Positions 28,213 through 39,760 of a stretch of DNA of 64,000 nucleotides are shown piece after piece; the stretch's first letter is position 1; each line of letters begins with the position of its first letter. The stretch is from Eledone cirrhosa (Eukaryota): contig OZ024751.1 of assembly GCA_964016885.1 (NCBI GenBank), positions 12,710,001 through 12,774,000 of the forward strand, written 5' to 3'. The notes beneath the pieces were generated by a model. It searched no databases. It was given only the letters and a program-made list of their open reading frames with translations, and was not told the DNA's origin. A program made the translations under genes and the position numbers.

Positions 28213-28225
28213 AATAGTAATAATA

Positions 28226-29063
28226 CTTTCTTTATTAACCACATGGGTTAACACAATGTGTAACATTAAAAACATCACAGGACAATACAGGACAGTACAA
28301 ATGGGCATTTTCGCGTGTAAAAAAAAACAAAAAACAGAGAATGTAACAAAAAAAAAGAAACAATGAAAAATTCCTCAATGGTGGGGACTACCGAGGGTCG
28401 CTCGTGGAGAAAGCCCACAAAAAAGCCACTGTTACCCTGAACGCTAGGGCAAGTGCCCTCTTCCAGTTTTCCTCCTACAATGCTACAGACACACGCTCAG
28501 GTTAGGCCCATTCGCACGGGCCATTCTGTCACCCACAAACAGGCTGGAAGGCAGCATTTCCCTCTCCACCCTGATTGTCCTTATCAAGTGAAACCTGAAA
28601 AAGTTAATGAGGGCATCACCGAAGAGGAAATTACCCGTCTTCAACCCTTTCAGACGCGTCCACCATACGATCTCTTTTACCATGGCCACCAGGCTGATAA
28701 AAACTGTCTGCCCTTCCCGGCTAAAGGTAGGCGGCGGGGCATTCCTCACGATGGACTCAGCTGATAGCCGGATCCGTGTTACACATGACAGCAGGTGTTC
28801 GACATAAACCCACACGTCAGCAATGCTTGGGCACTGGACGAGTGCGTGCAGGACGGTTTCGTCGCCCTGCGCGCATCTCGGACAGGCCCGGCTGACGGCA
28901 CTTCCATGCCTGTGGAGTTTATGCCGAACTTGCAAAGTTCCTCGGTAGCATTGCCAGGCCAGGTAATTCTGGAAGTTTTCCATAGGCCCCTGCCCTAAAG
29001 TTCTCCCGAAGAGATTGGCTAGGTGATTTTCGTCGACGTCCAGAGTCTCCCCAAGGACGTCGT
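28226..29063 (-). mobile_element. 5'-truncated Tx1-like LINE copy with 17-bp target-site duplication
   Basis: Homologous to 7700-8545 (ORF 28483-28983 with CPRC..ETVLHALVQC). Flanks CGACAATAGTAATAATA (28209-28225) and CGACAATAGTATTAATA (29064-29080). Confidence 0.88.
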
Positions 29064-29507
29064 CGACAATAGTATTAATAATTATAGTACGAGGAAAAAC
29101 GGGAATAACTAGGCAGGAAGAATTGGTCAGAAAGAGAAATTTATTAAGAGTTCATTCCTTAACATATGTTTCTGTACAATATCTGTCTACAAGTGCTGGT
29201 TGCAAATTCCATGGGGACTAGAGGAATTTTGGTAAAGTTTATAGGCATTTTTCTTCTTATATTTTAGACTTAGCTCCGTTTAATTGATTATTTGTCTTAT
29301 TAATTTCTATGGGCTAAGAGGAAAGACTGGGTAAATCTTATCTGACTGTTCCTCGCGGGGAATAATCTGTATCATTTGTCTAGTATTTCTTCGAAGTTAC
29401 ATTTTAAACTTATAGTTCCGTTTAAATGATTATTTATCTAGTTGATTTCTACGGACTAGGGCGCAGAAAGATTAGGTATATTTTATCTAACTGTTCTTCA
29501 AACTTGC

Positions 29508-29570
<63 letters not shown>

Positions 29571-30254
29571 ATATAGTTGAAGAAATAACACAAACATGGG
29601 ATACAAAAATACGAAGACTTATTAGTTGTCAGGCTTAGGATGAAGTAGAGGAGGGTTCGGTGCTTTGGACGGAAGTTATTCGTCAGGAAATGGAGAATTT
29701 GAGTGTTTGAAAAAAAAAAGTTAAGAAGGCGTGGGGTGGTAGGCGAATGGTCTGGCATTCGGGAGCGGGATGGAACGGCAAAAAATATTTTCGGAAAAAG
29801 CACGTGTGTATTCAGTTAGCTTTTTTGGGGAGACAATCATATATATCTGTCCATAAACGTTACCTTGTTAACCAAGACTACGTATATGTATTGATATACA
29901 CATGAAAGCATATAGTAATATAAACGTCACATTTACACAGTTCTCTACAAATTGAAACAAAAGGTTTAACATCCTTAATCTGTCATTGACTCTTATTTGT
30001 TGTTTCTGTTTAACCCCAGGTGAGGCTTGACACAAGTGACCTCTAATCAAAGGCATTCCAGCCACTATTATCCCCGTTAGTTGGGTTTTTTGGTATATTT
30101 TTTACAACGTTTTCCAATGTGCCCTCCCTTTTTATGACTGTAGGTTGTGTAGACGCCCCTCATTGGTCTAGTAGTAGTAGTGACTAGAAGCAAGAGCAAA
30201 TGGTGGTCGTGGTAAATGTGTGGGCGTTTGATTTGGTTGCCTAGGTCAAAAGTA

Positions 30255-31927
30255 ACAACAATACCAAGTTTAATAGCAACAGCAACAGTAACAACACAAA
30301 CACCACCACCACCACCACCTACAACAATAAAAACCTTCCACAACAAAACCAACAGCAACAATATCACCGAAAATAACAGCAACAACAGCTGTAATAACAA
30401 GAACAAGCGCAACAATGACAGTAACAATGGCAACAACAAAAGCTACTATAACAACAACAATAACAGCAACAACAGCAGTAATAACACCACCACAACCACC
30501 AACAACACCAACACCAACAACCACAACAATAACCAAACCAACAACAACACCAACAACAATAGTTACACCACCACCAAAATCAACAGCACCTATAATAATA
30601 TCACAATGACATCCACAACAATAATAACAATCACTATAACAACAACAATCACTATAACAACACCATCAATCACTATAACAACACCAACAACAACTATCAC
30701 AATGACAACAACAACAATCACTATAACACCAACAAGAACACCACCAACAAGAACACCAACACCAAGAACACCAAGAACACCAACAACACCAACACCACCA
30801 ACAACAACAACAACACCAACAATAACAATAACACCAACAACAACACCAAGAACAACAAACACCAACAATCACTATAACAACAACCACTATAACACCAACA
30901 AGAACAACAACCACAAAACAATCACTATAACAACAACCACTATAACACCAAGAACAACCAACAACAACAACAACCACCAACAACAACAACCACTATAACA
31001 CCAACAACAACCACTATAACACCAACAAGAACAACCACAAAACAATCACTATAACAACAACCACTATAACACCAAGAACAACCAACAACAACAACAACCA
31101 CCAACAACAACAACCACTATAACACCAACAAGAACAACCACAAAACAATCACTATAACAACAACCACTATAACACCAAGAACCAACAACAACAACAACCA
31201 CCACCGACAACAACAACCACTATAACACCACCACCAACAACCACTATAACACCAACAACAACCAACAACAACAACCACCAACAACAACAACCACTATAAC
31301 ACCAACAACAACCACTATAACACCAACAAGAACAACCACAAAACAATCACTATAACAACAACCACTATAACACCAAGAACAACAACCAACAACAACAACA
31401 ACCACCACCGACAACAACAACCACTATAACACCACCACCAACAACAACCACTATAACACCAACAACAACAACCAACAACAACCACCAACAACAACAACAA
31501 CCAACAACAACAACCGCTATAACACCAACAACAAGAAGCATTACATCAATGTCTGTTAACAATCAGACCATAGTCAACATTAACCTTAATCATTGTCTTC
31601 TTTTGTCTCTCACATGACTCAGTGTCAGACACCCCTAGCTTACTGGCCACACACTACTACCAATACTACTAATACTACTGCTACACATACTACTACTACT
31701 TTACATATTACAACTAACACTACTACTACACATACTACTACTACTAATAATACTACTACTACAGCTAATGAAAGTAGTACTACTATCACTACTACACATA
31801 CTACTACAACTAATAACACTACTACATACTACAACTAATAACACTACTACTACTACTATTACTACACACACTACTACAACTAATAACACCACTACTACTA
31901 CTATTACTACTAATAATAATAATAATG
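30255..31927. repeat. (AAC)n/(ACC)n/(ACT)n compound tract with CACTATAAC-based units
   Basis: Direct reading; short unique break at about 31540-31650. Confidence 0.9.
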
Positions 31928-31990
31928 CTTTCTTCATTGGCCACAAGGGCTGATACCAAGTAAAACATTACAGACGGCACAGGACGGTAC
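31928..31990 (-). mobile_element. Extreme 3' fragment of the Tx1-like LINE
   Basis: CTTTCTTCATTGGCCACAAGGGCT..ACATT..CACAGGAC matches the 3' termini at 7701-7760 and 28226-28290. Confidence 0.6.
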
Positions 31991-32366
31991 GATTATAATA
32001 CTACAACTAATATAATTGCTGCTACTGCTACTACTACTCATACTAGTACTACTACTACCACCATCACTACTACTACTACTACTATTATTATTACAATAAA
32101 AACAACGTACCCACAATGCCATACAAAAGATTTGAATAAATAAATAAAGAAATATGGCGGCTGACATAGATGGACATTGTGACAAACGAAGCAGAAATAA
32201 TCCTTTTTTATTGAAATTATATCATTATTTTCGGCACCTTCCCTTCAGAGGTCACGGGGTCAAATCATGCGTCAGTGATTTGAACATTGAAGTGTCACCT
32301 TTGGAGGGCGGCCTTCGCTGTGAGTTCGAGAAACAGACATATATATTCAATGATATATATATAATA

Positions 32367-32405
<39 letters not shown>

Positions 32406-32501
32406 GTTTTCAAATAAAAAGATATACATATATAAACATATAAAGAAATTCGTTTTCCAATATAAAGATATACATGTATAAACACACACACACACAGACA
32501 C

Positions 32502-32532
<31 letters not shown>

Positions 32533-33134
32533 GAGAGACAGGGTCGTCAAGTATGAGATATGTAGAAATTTGTAGAAAAAAAAACGAATTTCTACAAATT
32601 TCATACTTAACGACACAATATATACATATTCCTATATTTTATATATTCCATAAGTATATATATATGTACACAGACGCATATGTATAAATTTATACACACA
32701 CACACACGCACATATATATATATGTGTGTGTGTGTGTGTGTATGCTCATACGAACATATATTCAAGAAACAATACACGCATATATATATATATATATATA
32801 TGTGTGTATGTGTATGCTCATACGAACATATATTCAAGAAACAACACACGCATATATATATATATGTGTGTGTATACATATATATTTTTTCGTGAATATT
32901 TAACATTGTAATAAAACTATAGTTTCCTATTCACCAAATAGTTCCACTTAGTTTTGTAAGTTTCGTTATATTATTCCTATTCGGGTGTTTTTCAGTTTTA
33001 GTGTCTCTCTTTTTTCTTCTTTTATTGATTCCTATACAGATATATATGGGAAAGTAAAAAACAACAACTCAGTATATATATATATATATATATGATATTA
33101 AATAAATGGAAACTATATTTATAAAACCATATTT

Positions 33135-33198
33135 ATTTCGTTATATATATTTCAGGGATATCATATTAACAATATGTTATGCCATCTTCAGACAAAAT
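33135..33198 (-). ncRNA. Type I hammerhead ribozyme (inverted copy)
   Basis: Mirror of 33285-33348. Confidence 0.72.
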
Positions 33199-33284
33199 AC
33201 AATATAAACAGTCATCAACCTCCCAAATGCAAGGTGATTGAAAGGTATGTCGTATCTATTTTTTTATAAGACTGTTTATATTGT

Positions 33285-33348
33285 ATTTTGTCTGAAGATG
33301 GCATAACATATTGTTAATATGATATCCCTGAAATATATATAACGAAAT
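33285..33348 (+). ncRNA. Type I hammerhead ribozyme with long stem II
   Basis: ATTTTGT-CTGAAGA-tgg..CATATT(GTT)AATATG..cct-GAAA-TATATA-TA-ACGAAAT: 7-bp stem I with one G-U, AUA triplet. Confidence 0.75.
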
Positions 33349-33477
33349 AAATATGGTTTTATAAATATAGTTTCCATTTATTTAATATCATAAATATACT
33401 CCAAATACTTGTTGAGTGCTTTTATATCAGTTATAAATATTTACTCGTTGTTAACCCAACAATTTAAATATAACTTT

Positions 33478-33563
<86 letters not shown>

Positions 33564-33602
33564 TATATATATAATATATATATATATATATTATATATAT
33601 AT

Positions 33603-33650
<48 letters not shown>

Positions 33651-33657
<7 letters not shown>

Positions 33658-33819
33658 AGTGTCAGGACTCCGACGGCTGAGCTCTGGCCGTTTCGACAGC
33701 TAGAGTTCGGATCTAGCCGTCGGGGTCTTGACTTTTTTCCTATTACCCACTCTACGACCCTAAGTATTGAGTACTCTGGTGTGTTATGGTCCACCTGGTA
33801 TCTTACCACACCTTCTTTG

Positions 33820-33822
<3 letters not shown>
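33651..33822 (+). mobile_element. Short fold-back element, copy 2
   Basis: Reverse-complement homologue of 14566-14747, flanked by (TA)n. Confidence 0.7.
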
Positions 33823-33853
<31 letters not shown>

Positions 33854-34134
33854 AGGGTAAATTTCTTTAAGTCGTTTGGAAGCCTCGACAATGCAGATGG
33901 GTAAATCTCCGGGTAACAAGATCCGGTGGTGGAGAGAGAGATGTAAGTGGGTGTACGCTGAGATGCGTGGCGTGTATAAGACGTGTAGAGGAATGAAGGA
34001 AAGAGCGTAAAGAATAAAAATAACAACACGAGAGAGAGTTACCTTGGGAGAGATTTAATTGTCCTTATATATTTCGGATTCACATCCATCAACTGGGGTT
34101 TTTTTCCGGGGCGGGGGGGGGGGGTTGTCTGTTG

Positions 34135-34524
34135 GAAAGGTGCGAAACGTGTCCTCCGCTGTTCGTTGTTTTGAATATCACTGTGTAGTGCCAAAGGCCT
34201 CATCCGTCGTATCGAGAATAAGGACCACATACTGCAATAGTCTGGAGTTGAAGGGACCCCAGCTTTTTAATAAGATACCAACAAATTTTAGAGACCTACA
34301 TGATGTGCATGTAAGTTGTCTTCAAGAGACATCTCGACATTCTACTGACCAAGATCCCGGATGGACCCACAGCACGAGGTGAAGCTCAAATAAGAACAGC
34401 AGCAACAAACTCCCTTTTGCACCAATGGCCAACCAAGGAAGGCTGGCTATAGAAAGTTTAGCATCAGTGGCGGTGCCCCACTATGGCCTCAGCCATTCGG
34501 CTGGAACGCAAATAAAATAAAATA
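34135..34524 (+). mobile_element. 3' end of a CR1-like LINE
   Basis: Translates RTTYCNSLELKGPQLFNKIPTNFRDL../VFKRHLDILLTKIPD, typical of CR1-group ORF2 C-termini, and ends in (AAAAT)n. Confidence 0.6.
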
Positions 34525-34578
34525 TACGTATGTATCTATGTATATATATATATATATATATGTGTATATATATATATA

Positions 34579-35470
34579 CGAGGTGTGTCAGAAAAGTTCC
34601 AGGACTGATGTCACAAAAGATTTATTTCAAACCAAAATTTCAAACTAAGAGTTTTCTCCTTCAAAGTGATCCCCCTGGAGTCTAATGCACTTTTCCATCC
34701 TTTTCTGCCACGCTTGCATGCATTCCTGGAAGGATTCTTCCGGGATCCTCCGCAGTTCCGTCGTCACGGCCTTTTTGATGTCGTCCAGGTCTTCAAAACT
34801 GGTCCCCTCCGGGTCGTACTCAATGATCCATGACTCATCACCGGTGATGACTGTCCCTAGCAAGTCTGGTTCGGTTTCAAGGCGCTCGAGGATGTTCTGG
34901 CACACTTGCAGGCGTCGACCCTTCTGGTCATCTTTCAGCAGTTTTGGCACCATCTTCGCGCAGATTTTCCGCATGTCCAAATCTTCCGTGAGAATCTTCC
35001 AGACGCTGTCCCGATTCATGCCCAGCTCATTTGCCATCAGTCGAACAGTCAGCCGACGATCGCTACGCACCATCTGCCTAACTCGCTCAACGTTGACCTC
35101 AGTCCTGGTTGTTGAGGGCGTTCCGCTCCTGGGTCATCTTCCACGTCCTCGCGTCCTTCTTTAAACCTCTTGCACCACTCAAAAACACGTGAACGTGAGT
35201 CGCCTCATCTCCATACACTTGCTGCAGCAATCCCAGTGCTTCTGGCGGAGTTTTCAAGTTTGTTCATTGCTCTGTGCTCATTGCTTGACGACCTGAAACA
35301 GGACATGTATATAAAATTATGAAGAAAAAAGTTTGATCGCTGCAGAGAGCTAAGATTACAGTTACATACTCCAGGGGGATTACTTTGAAGGAGAAAACTC
35401 TTAGTGTAAAGTTTGGGTTTGAAATAAATTTTTTGTGACATCAGTCCTGGAACTTTTTTGACACACCTCG
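34579..35470 (-). mobile_element. Internally deleted mariner transposon
   Basis: TIRs CGAGGTGTGTCA.AAAAGTTCCAGGACTGATGTCACAAAA at both ends, in a (TA)n target, with a transposase remnant. Confidence 0.93.
34645..35281 (-). pseudogene. Mariner transposase, frameshifted, catalytic centre deleted
   Basis: VYGDEA, VFEWCKRFKEGREDVEDDPR, AKMVPKLL (WVPHEL-like), ITGDESW, then jumps to the C-terminal FEDLDDIK..CIRLQGDHFE. The second and third Asp and YSPDL are absent. Confidence 0.9.
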
Positions 35471-36142
35471 TGTATATATATATATATATATATACGGTCC
35501 CCGCAGCTGAATTACCGGTAGCTATCTTCAATTTGCAAAGCCCTTTAAACGGAATGTTATTACTCAAAGGTTTTATACCTTATCGGGTGCTTCGCTACAC
35601 ATCTGATTGCATTCGTTGCCTTGGATGCAGCTCGAGCTTCGACTATGCTGTACTTCCATTTGTATATATATATAACACTTTGAATTTACCCACCAAAAAC
35701 CGGGGGTTGCTTCCCTTGTTGGAAATAACACGTGACAACGAAGTGCTCGCTGGCTACATTCTTAACGGCCGCATTTTGTTTGTTCACACCGCTTTTAGGC
35801 AGAACGGAATCCCTGTTGATGAAATGAATCCTCTGTTCGATCATGGAACACCACGAGCGTGCGTGTTACGTAAGTTGGATAAATGATTTCGGTTTCATAG
35901 AAACACTTTAGACGTATATCGTTTGATTTGTACAGGTGTATCTTTTAACCTGTTAGTTCTTTCCTTACTTTTGTATTGTGTGGTTGGGTTTTGCCTACCG
36001 CAATGTTCAATTTGTCAAGTTATTTAAACGTATGTTATTACTCTAAGGACCTACCCTTATTAAGTGCTTTGCTAACTCATTCCTATTGTAGGTCGATTTT
36101 GCTTGCCCACAGCCAAAGCTTCGATTTTACTAAGCTTCCACT

Positions 36143-36184
<42 letters not shown>

Positions 36185-36358
36185 TATGTAAAAGGTAAAC
36201 AGAAATGACAACACAATCGGTACAGTATATGTTAGGTATATATTAGGTTAACGCTTGATATAGCAGGAAGAGGGTCTTAACATTTCGGACGCTAGTCCTT
36301 CATCATGAGAAATAAAATAGATTAAGGGGACGGGCGGGATGGAATTGGAAAAAAAGGT

Positions 36359-36424
<66 letters not shown>

Positions 36425-36430
<6 letters not shown>

Positions 36431-37036
36431 GGAAAAGAATGAAACGAAATTTCATTTCTCACTATTAGTACGGCTGATACTTAAATGTAAGTATGCATGT
36501 ATACGTACATACATATATGTATACAGACGTACAGTAGTATGTATATACATATATACATACATGCACTCATATATATATATATATGTACGTATGGGTTTAC
36601 CGAACATCTATTATAATGTTCGGTTTGTTTGTAAACAAACAAACACCCCGAATTACGCCGTACAGTGTTCAGGCAACCATCGTCGCCTTTTTGTTCAACA
36701 CTGACACAGGAACGATGTACTAGTTTCAAGCTTATTAGCTATCGTCAGCATCGTATACCTTCCTGCCAGATGATTGAACGTCTGAAAGTATATACTTTCC
36801 GTATGCATATTAACGGCTAAGCAGCCTAATTTGCATATCGAGTGAGTTAGTCGGCCGGGCTCACCGAAAACGATAAATGGAAAAGAATGAAACGAAATTT
36901 CATTTCTCACTCTTAGTACGGCACTTACTTAAATGTAAGAATGTATGTACGTATACGTACATACATATATGTATACAGACGTACAGTAGTATGTATATAT
37001 ATATACATACATGCACACATATATATATGTACGTAT
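36425..37036 (-). mobile_element. Retrozyme-like non-coding element: 448-bp unit with about 150-bp terminal direct repeat and central hammerhead
   Basis: 36425-about 36590 is repeated at 36873-about 37036. Octamer at 36829-36836, hammerhead at 36712-36754, (TA)n flanks. Colinear with 2-580. Confidence 0.72.
36712..36754 (-). ncRNA. Type I minimal hammerhead ribozyme
   Basis: Reverse complement reads ACGATG-CTGACGA-t-AGCT(AATA)AGCT-t-GAAA-CTAG-TA-CATCGT; GUA triplet. Confidence 0.85.
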
Positions 37037-37117
37037 ATATATATATATATGTACGTATATATATATATATGTACGTATATATATATATATGTACGTATAT
37101 ATATATATATATGTACG

Positions 37118-37148
<31 letters not shown>

Positions 37149-37168
37149 ATATATATATATATATATAT

Positions 37169-37242
37169 AGATATATTACACAAAGAGAAGTGTGTTACAC
37201 AGTGAGATGTGTGTAACACACTTCTCTTTGTGTAATATATCT
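37169..37242. repeat. Perfect hairpin, 33-bp arms, 8-nt loop
   Basis: AGATATATTACACAAAGAGAAGTGTGTTACACA followed by its reverse complement. Confidence 0.9.
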
Positions 37243-37362
37243 GTATTTGAGCTCAGAAGAAAATTCTCTATTCTTCTTTTAGCTAATATTATTATTATTA
37301 CTGTGAACTGCGGAATACTCTTAATTCCGATCCACGTATACTTATATATATATATATATACG

Positions 37363-37530
37363 CCGTATTTCCCGGCGCCAAAGACGCTTCGTCCGCGAGG
37401 ACGCACCCTAATTTTGAATACCAAATATTTGAAAAAAAGTAATATACAACCTTCGGCCTCCAGGATGCATGGTTGATTTTTAAGACTTATTTTAGGAAAA
37501 AAGTACCATCTTCGACGCCGGGAAATACGG
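37363..37530. mobile_element. Tc1/mariner/pogo-type MITE
   Basis: 15-bp TIR CCGTATTTCCCGGCG / CGCCGGGAAATACGG in TA context. Confidence 0.8.
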
Positions 37531-37665
37531 TATGTATGTATATATACATATATATGTATACATATGTGTATAAATATATGTGTATATATATATATATGTA
37601 TGTATATATATGTGTGTATATGTATGTATATATATATGTGTATATATATGTGTATATATGTTTAT

Positions 37666-38274
37666 GTCAGGTCACCAGTTGGTGCTACTGGTAACATGTA
37701 TCCCAGTACAACCTGTCTCATGGTCGGGTCGTTGGCGACTAAACTGGCAACCCCACCAAGGTTTCTTGGTGAGGAGGGTGACTTTGGACATCCTGCAGGA
37801 CTAAAAACAAAACCTGTCAAAAGGGCAAAGGAGCTCTTAAGGGTCAATGGCCATCCAAAATCACCGGGAGAGATGACCCCTTAGCCTTTGTCAAGGCAGA
37901 ATTCTAGGAGAAGGATAACTCTGATATAACACCTGCAACTCTGATGGTATCCAATGATGTTGACTTGTTCTTCTTTTTGGTAAATATCATCTTGGTTAAG
38001 AGAGTGGGACTGGCTTTGTGCAGTGCCTTTGCTCACTATAAAAGCTTCACGGCACAGGCATTGCTTTATATCTGGAGATCTCTCTGCACTTGTCGTCACA
38101 TGGTACCATGGGCCCAGCAATATGTGTCAATAATTGTCACAAGTGTAGTGTTTGTACCAGAGTTTTCAAGTCGCTGGCTGGACTAAAAAGTCACACTCGT
38201 TCAGCGCATCGGTAGGGGTTCTCCTACATGGATATAAAGTAGTGGCCGTACTCGAAAACGAGTTGGCAGCCACC
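37666..38274 (+). mobile_element. 0.6-kb non-coding dispersed element, copy 2
   Basis: Near-identical to 6067-6674. Confidence 0.7.
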
Positions 38275-38689
38275 ATGTGTATATACATATATATACATAT
38301 ATATATATATACTTTGGGCCACTCCCGTTTGAAAATGTGTTGTGTAGTGTTGGTGGATCTGGTGGTGGAGAGCTGTTAATTACGGTGCTGGTGATGATGG
38401 TGTTTGTATTGTTGGCGGTAGTGGTTATGGTGGTGGTGGTTAAAGTGGAGCTGTTGCTTAGAGGTGGGGTTTGATACTATAGTACATAACTACTATACAA
38501 TATAAAACTTACTGGAGCAGAGAAATTGACCTCCTGAACTTCCACTATTTAGTGTGTGGGTGTAAGTGTAGGCGGTAGGTTCCGGTGGTTTGTGATTCGT
38601 GGTGGTGAGGGGATGGTGGTGGTGGCGGTGGCAGTGTTTGGGGATTTCTTTATTTCTGAAGAGCATTTGTATGGATATAACGTACATCC

Positions 38690-38736
38690 TATCAAGTTCT
38701 GCAGCCATATATATATATGGGGCTGCAGAACTTGAT

Positions 38737-38774
<38 letters not shown>

Positions 38775-38788
38775 GGGGCTGCAGAACT

Positions 38789-38822
<34 letters not shown>

Positions 38823-38840
38823 CTGCAGAACTTGATATAT
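38690..38840. repeat. Inverted plus tandem GCTGCAGAACTTGAT units spaced by (TA)n
   Basis: One reverse copy (38691-38706) followed by three forward copies. Confidence 0.85.
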
Positions 38841-38945
38841 ATATAGAAAACAAAATATACATACAAATATATATATATAAAAAAACAAAATATACATACA
38901 AATATATATATATATATATATATGAACAAAATTTAATATAGAAGT

Positions 38946-38993
38946 GGCTTCTACAGGACTAGAACTGTTTCGTTCGAAGGAAATCATCAGGAA
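38946..38993 (-). ncRNA. Hammerhead ribozyme with stem I truncated at an inversion junction
   Basis: Reverse complement reads TTC-CTGATGA-tTTC(CTTC)GAAc-GAAA-CAG(TTCTAGTC)CTG-TA-GAAGCC. Same family as 62532. Confidence 0.65.
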
Positions 38994-39179
38994 AAAAACT
39001 ATTCTATATTAAATTTTGTTTTGTACACTCTACTAATGCATTGAGTACCTTACTTACTGTTGTTACCTCCGATTGAACCCGGGACTTACACACACACACA
39101 ACCCACTCTACTACCCTATCTATTGAGGCCATGTGTCCTGCAATGAAAAGAATCACTTTATCTTAGATTGTGTCGATAC

Positions 39180-39437
39180 AGGATAACTGAATATAACAGG
39201 ATATATTTATAACAACATATGTAAATTTCTTAGGGCAAAAATAAAATTTCGTTGGTTTGATAGCAGCACTTTTCTAGAGGTTTCTTTGAAACCTTTGGGA
39301 TCATTATAGGATAACTGAATACAAGAGGATATATTTATAACAACATACGCGATAGCAAATTTCTTGGGGCAAAAATAAAATTTTGTTGGTTTGATAGAGC
39401 CACTTTTCTTGTGGTTTCTTTGAACCTTTGGTATCAT
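39180..39437. repeat. Diverged tandem duplication, about 128-bp unit
   Basis: AGGATAACTGAATA..AGGATATATTTATAACAACATA..GGGCAAAAATAAAATTT..ACCTTTGG.ATCAT occurs twice. Confidence 0.85.
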
Positions 39438-39619
39438 GTGAAGCAATTTCAAACAAGATTCTCTTAAGAAATAGGCGGGGCGACTGTACATAACCTCGTA
39501 GATATAAATATCCCTACTTGAATTTACGTTTCTAGTTACTTGCTACTCAATGAAATAGCTTATGGAATACGTTTGAAGGCTGGAACTTAATATTTCTTTC
39601 TATGGACGCATGAAGAAAA

Positions 39620-39760
39620 GAGCTCGATACTTAGGGTAGTAGAATGGGTAATATGAAAAGATTCAGGACCCCGACGGCTGAGCTCCGGCCGTTTCGACAG
39701 CTAGATCTAGCTGTCGAAACAGCCGTAGCTCAGCCGTCGGGGTCCTGAATGTTTTCATAT
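39620..39760 (-). mobile_element. Short fold-back element, copy 3 (110-bp near-perfect palindrome 39651-39760)
   Basis: Palindrome centred on CTAGATCTAG; same sequence family as 14566 and 33651. Confidence 0.75.

Larger units (their letters stand above)
33091..33392. repeat. Perfect 123-bp inverted repeat (33091-33213 / 33270-33392), hammerhead in each arm
   Basis: Arms are exact reverse complements by eye; spacer is 56 bp. Confidence 0.93.

Noticed and set aside
29655-29695. CTGACGA..CAAA motif on minus strand
   Set aside because: GAAA is altered and there are no convincing stems; at most a decayed remnant.
36275-36312. Hammerhead-like motif on minus strand (ATGATGA-aGGAC(TAGC)GTCC-GAAA-TG-TT)
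   Set aside because: C3 is mutated and stems I and III do not pair. Probably a dead Penelope-type remnant; not counted.
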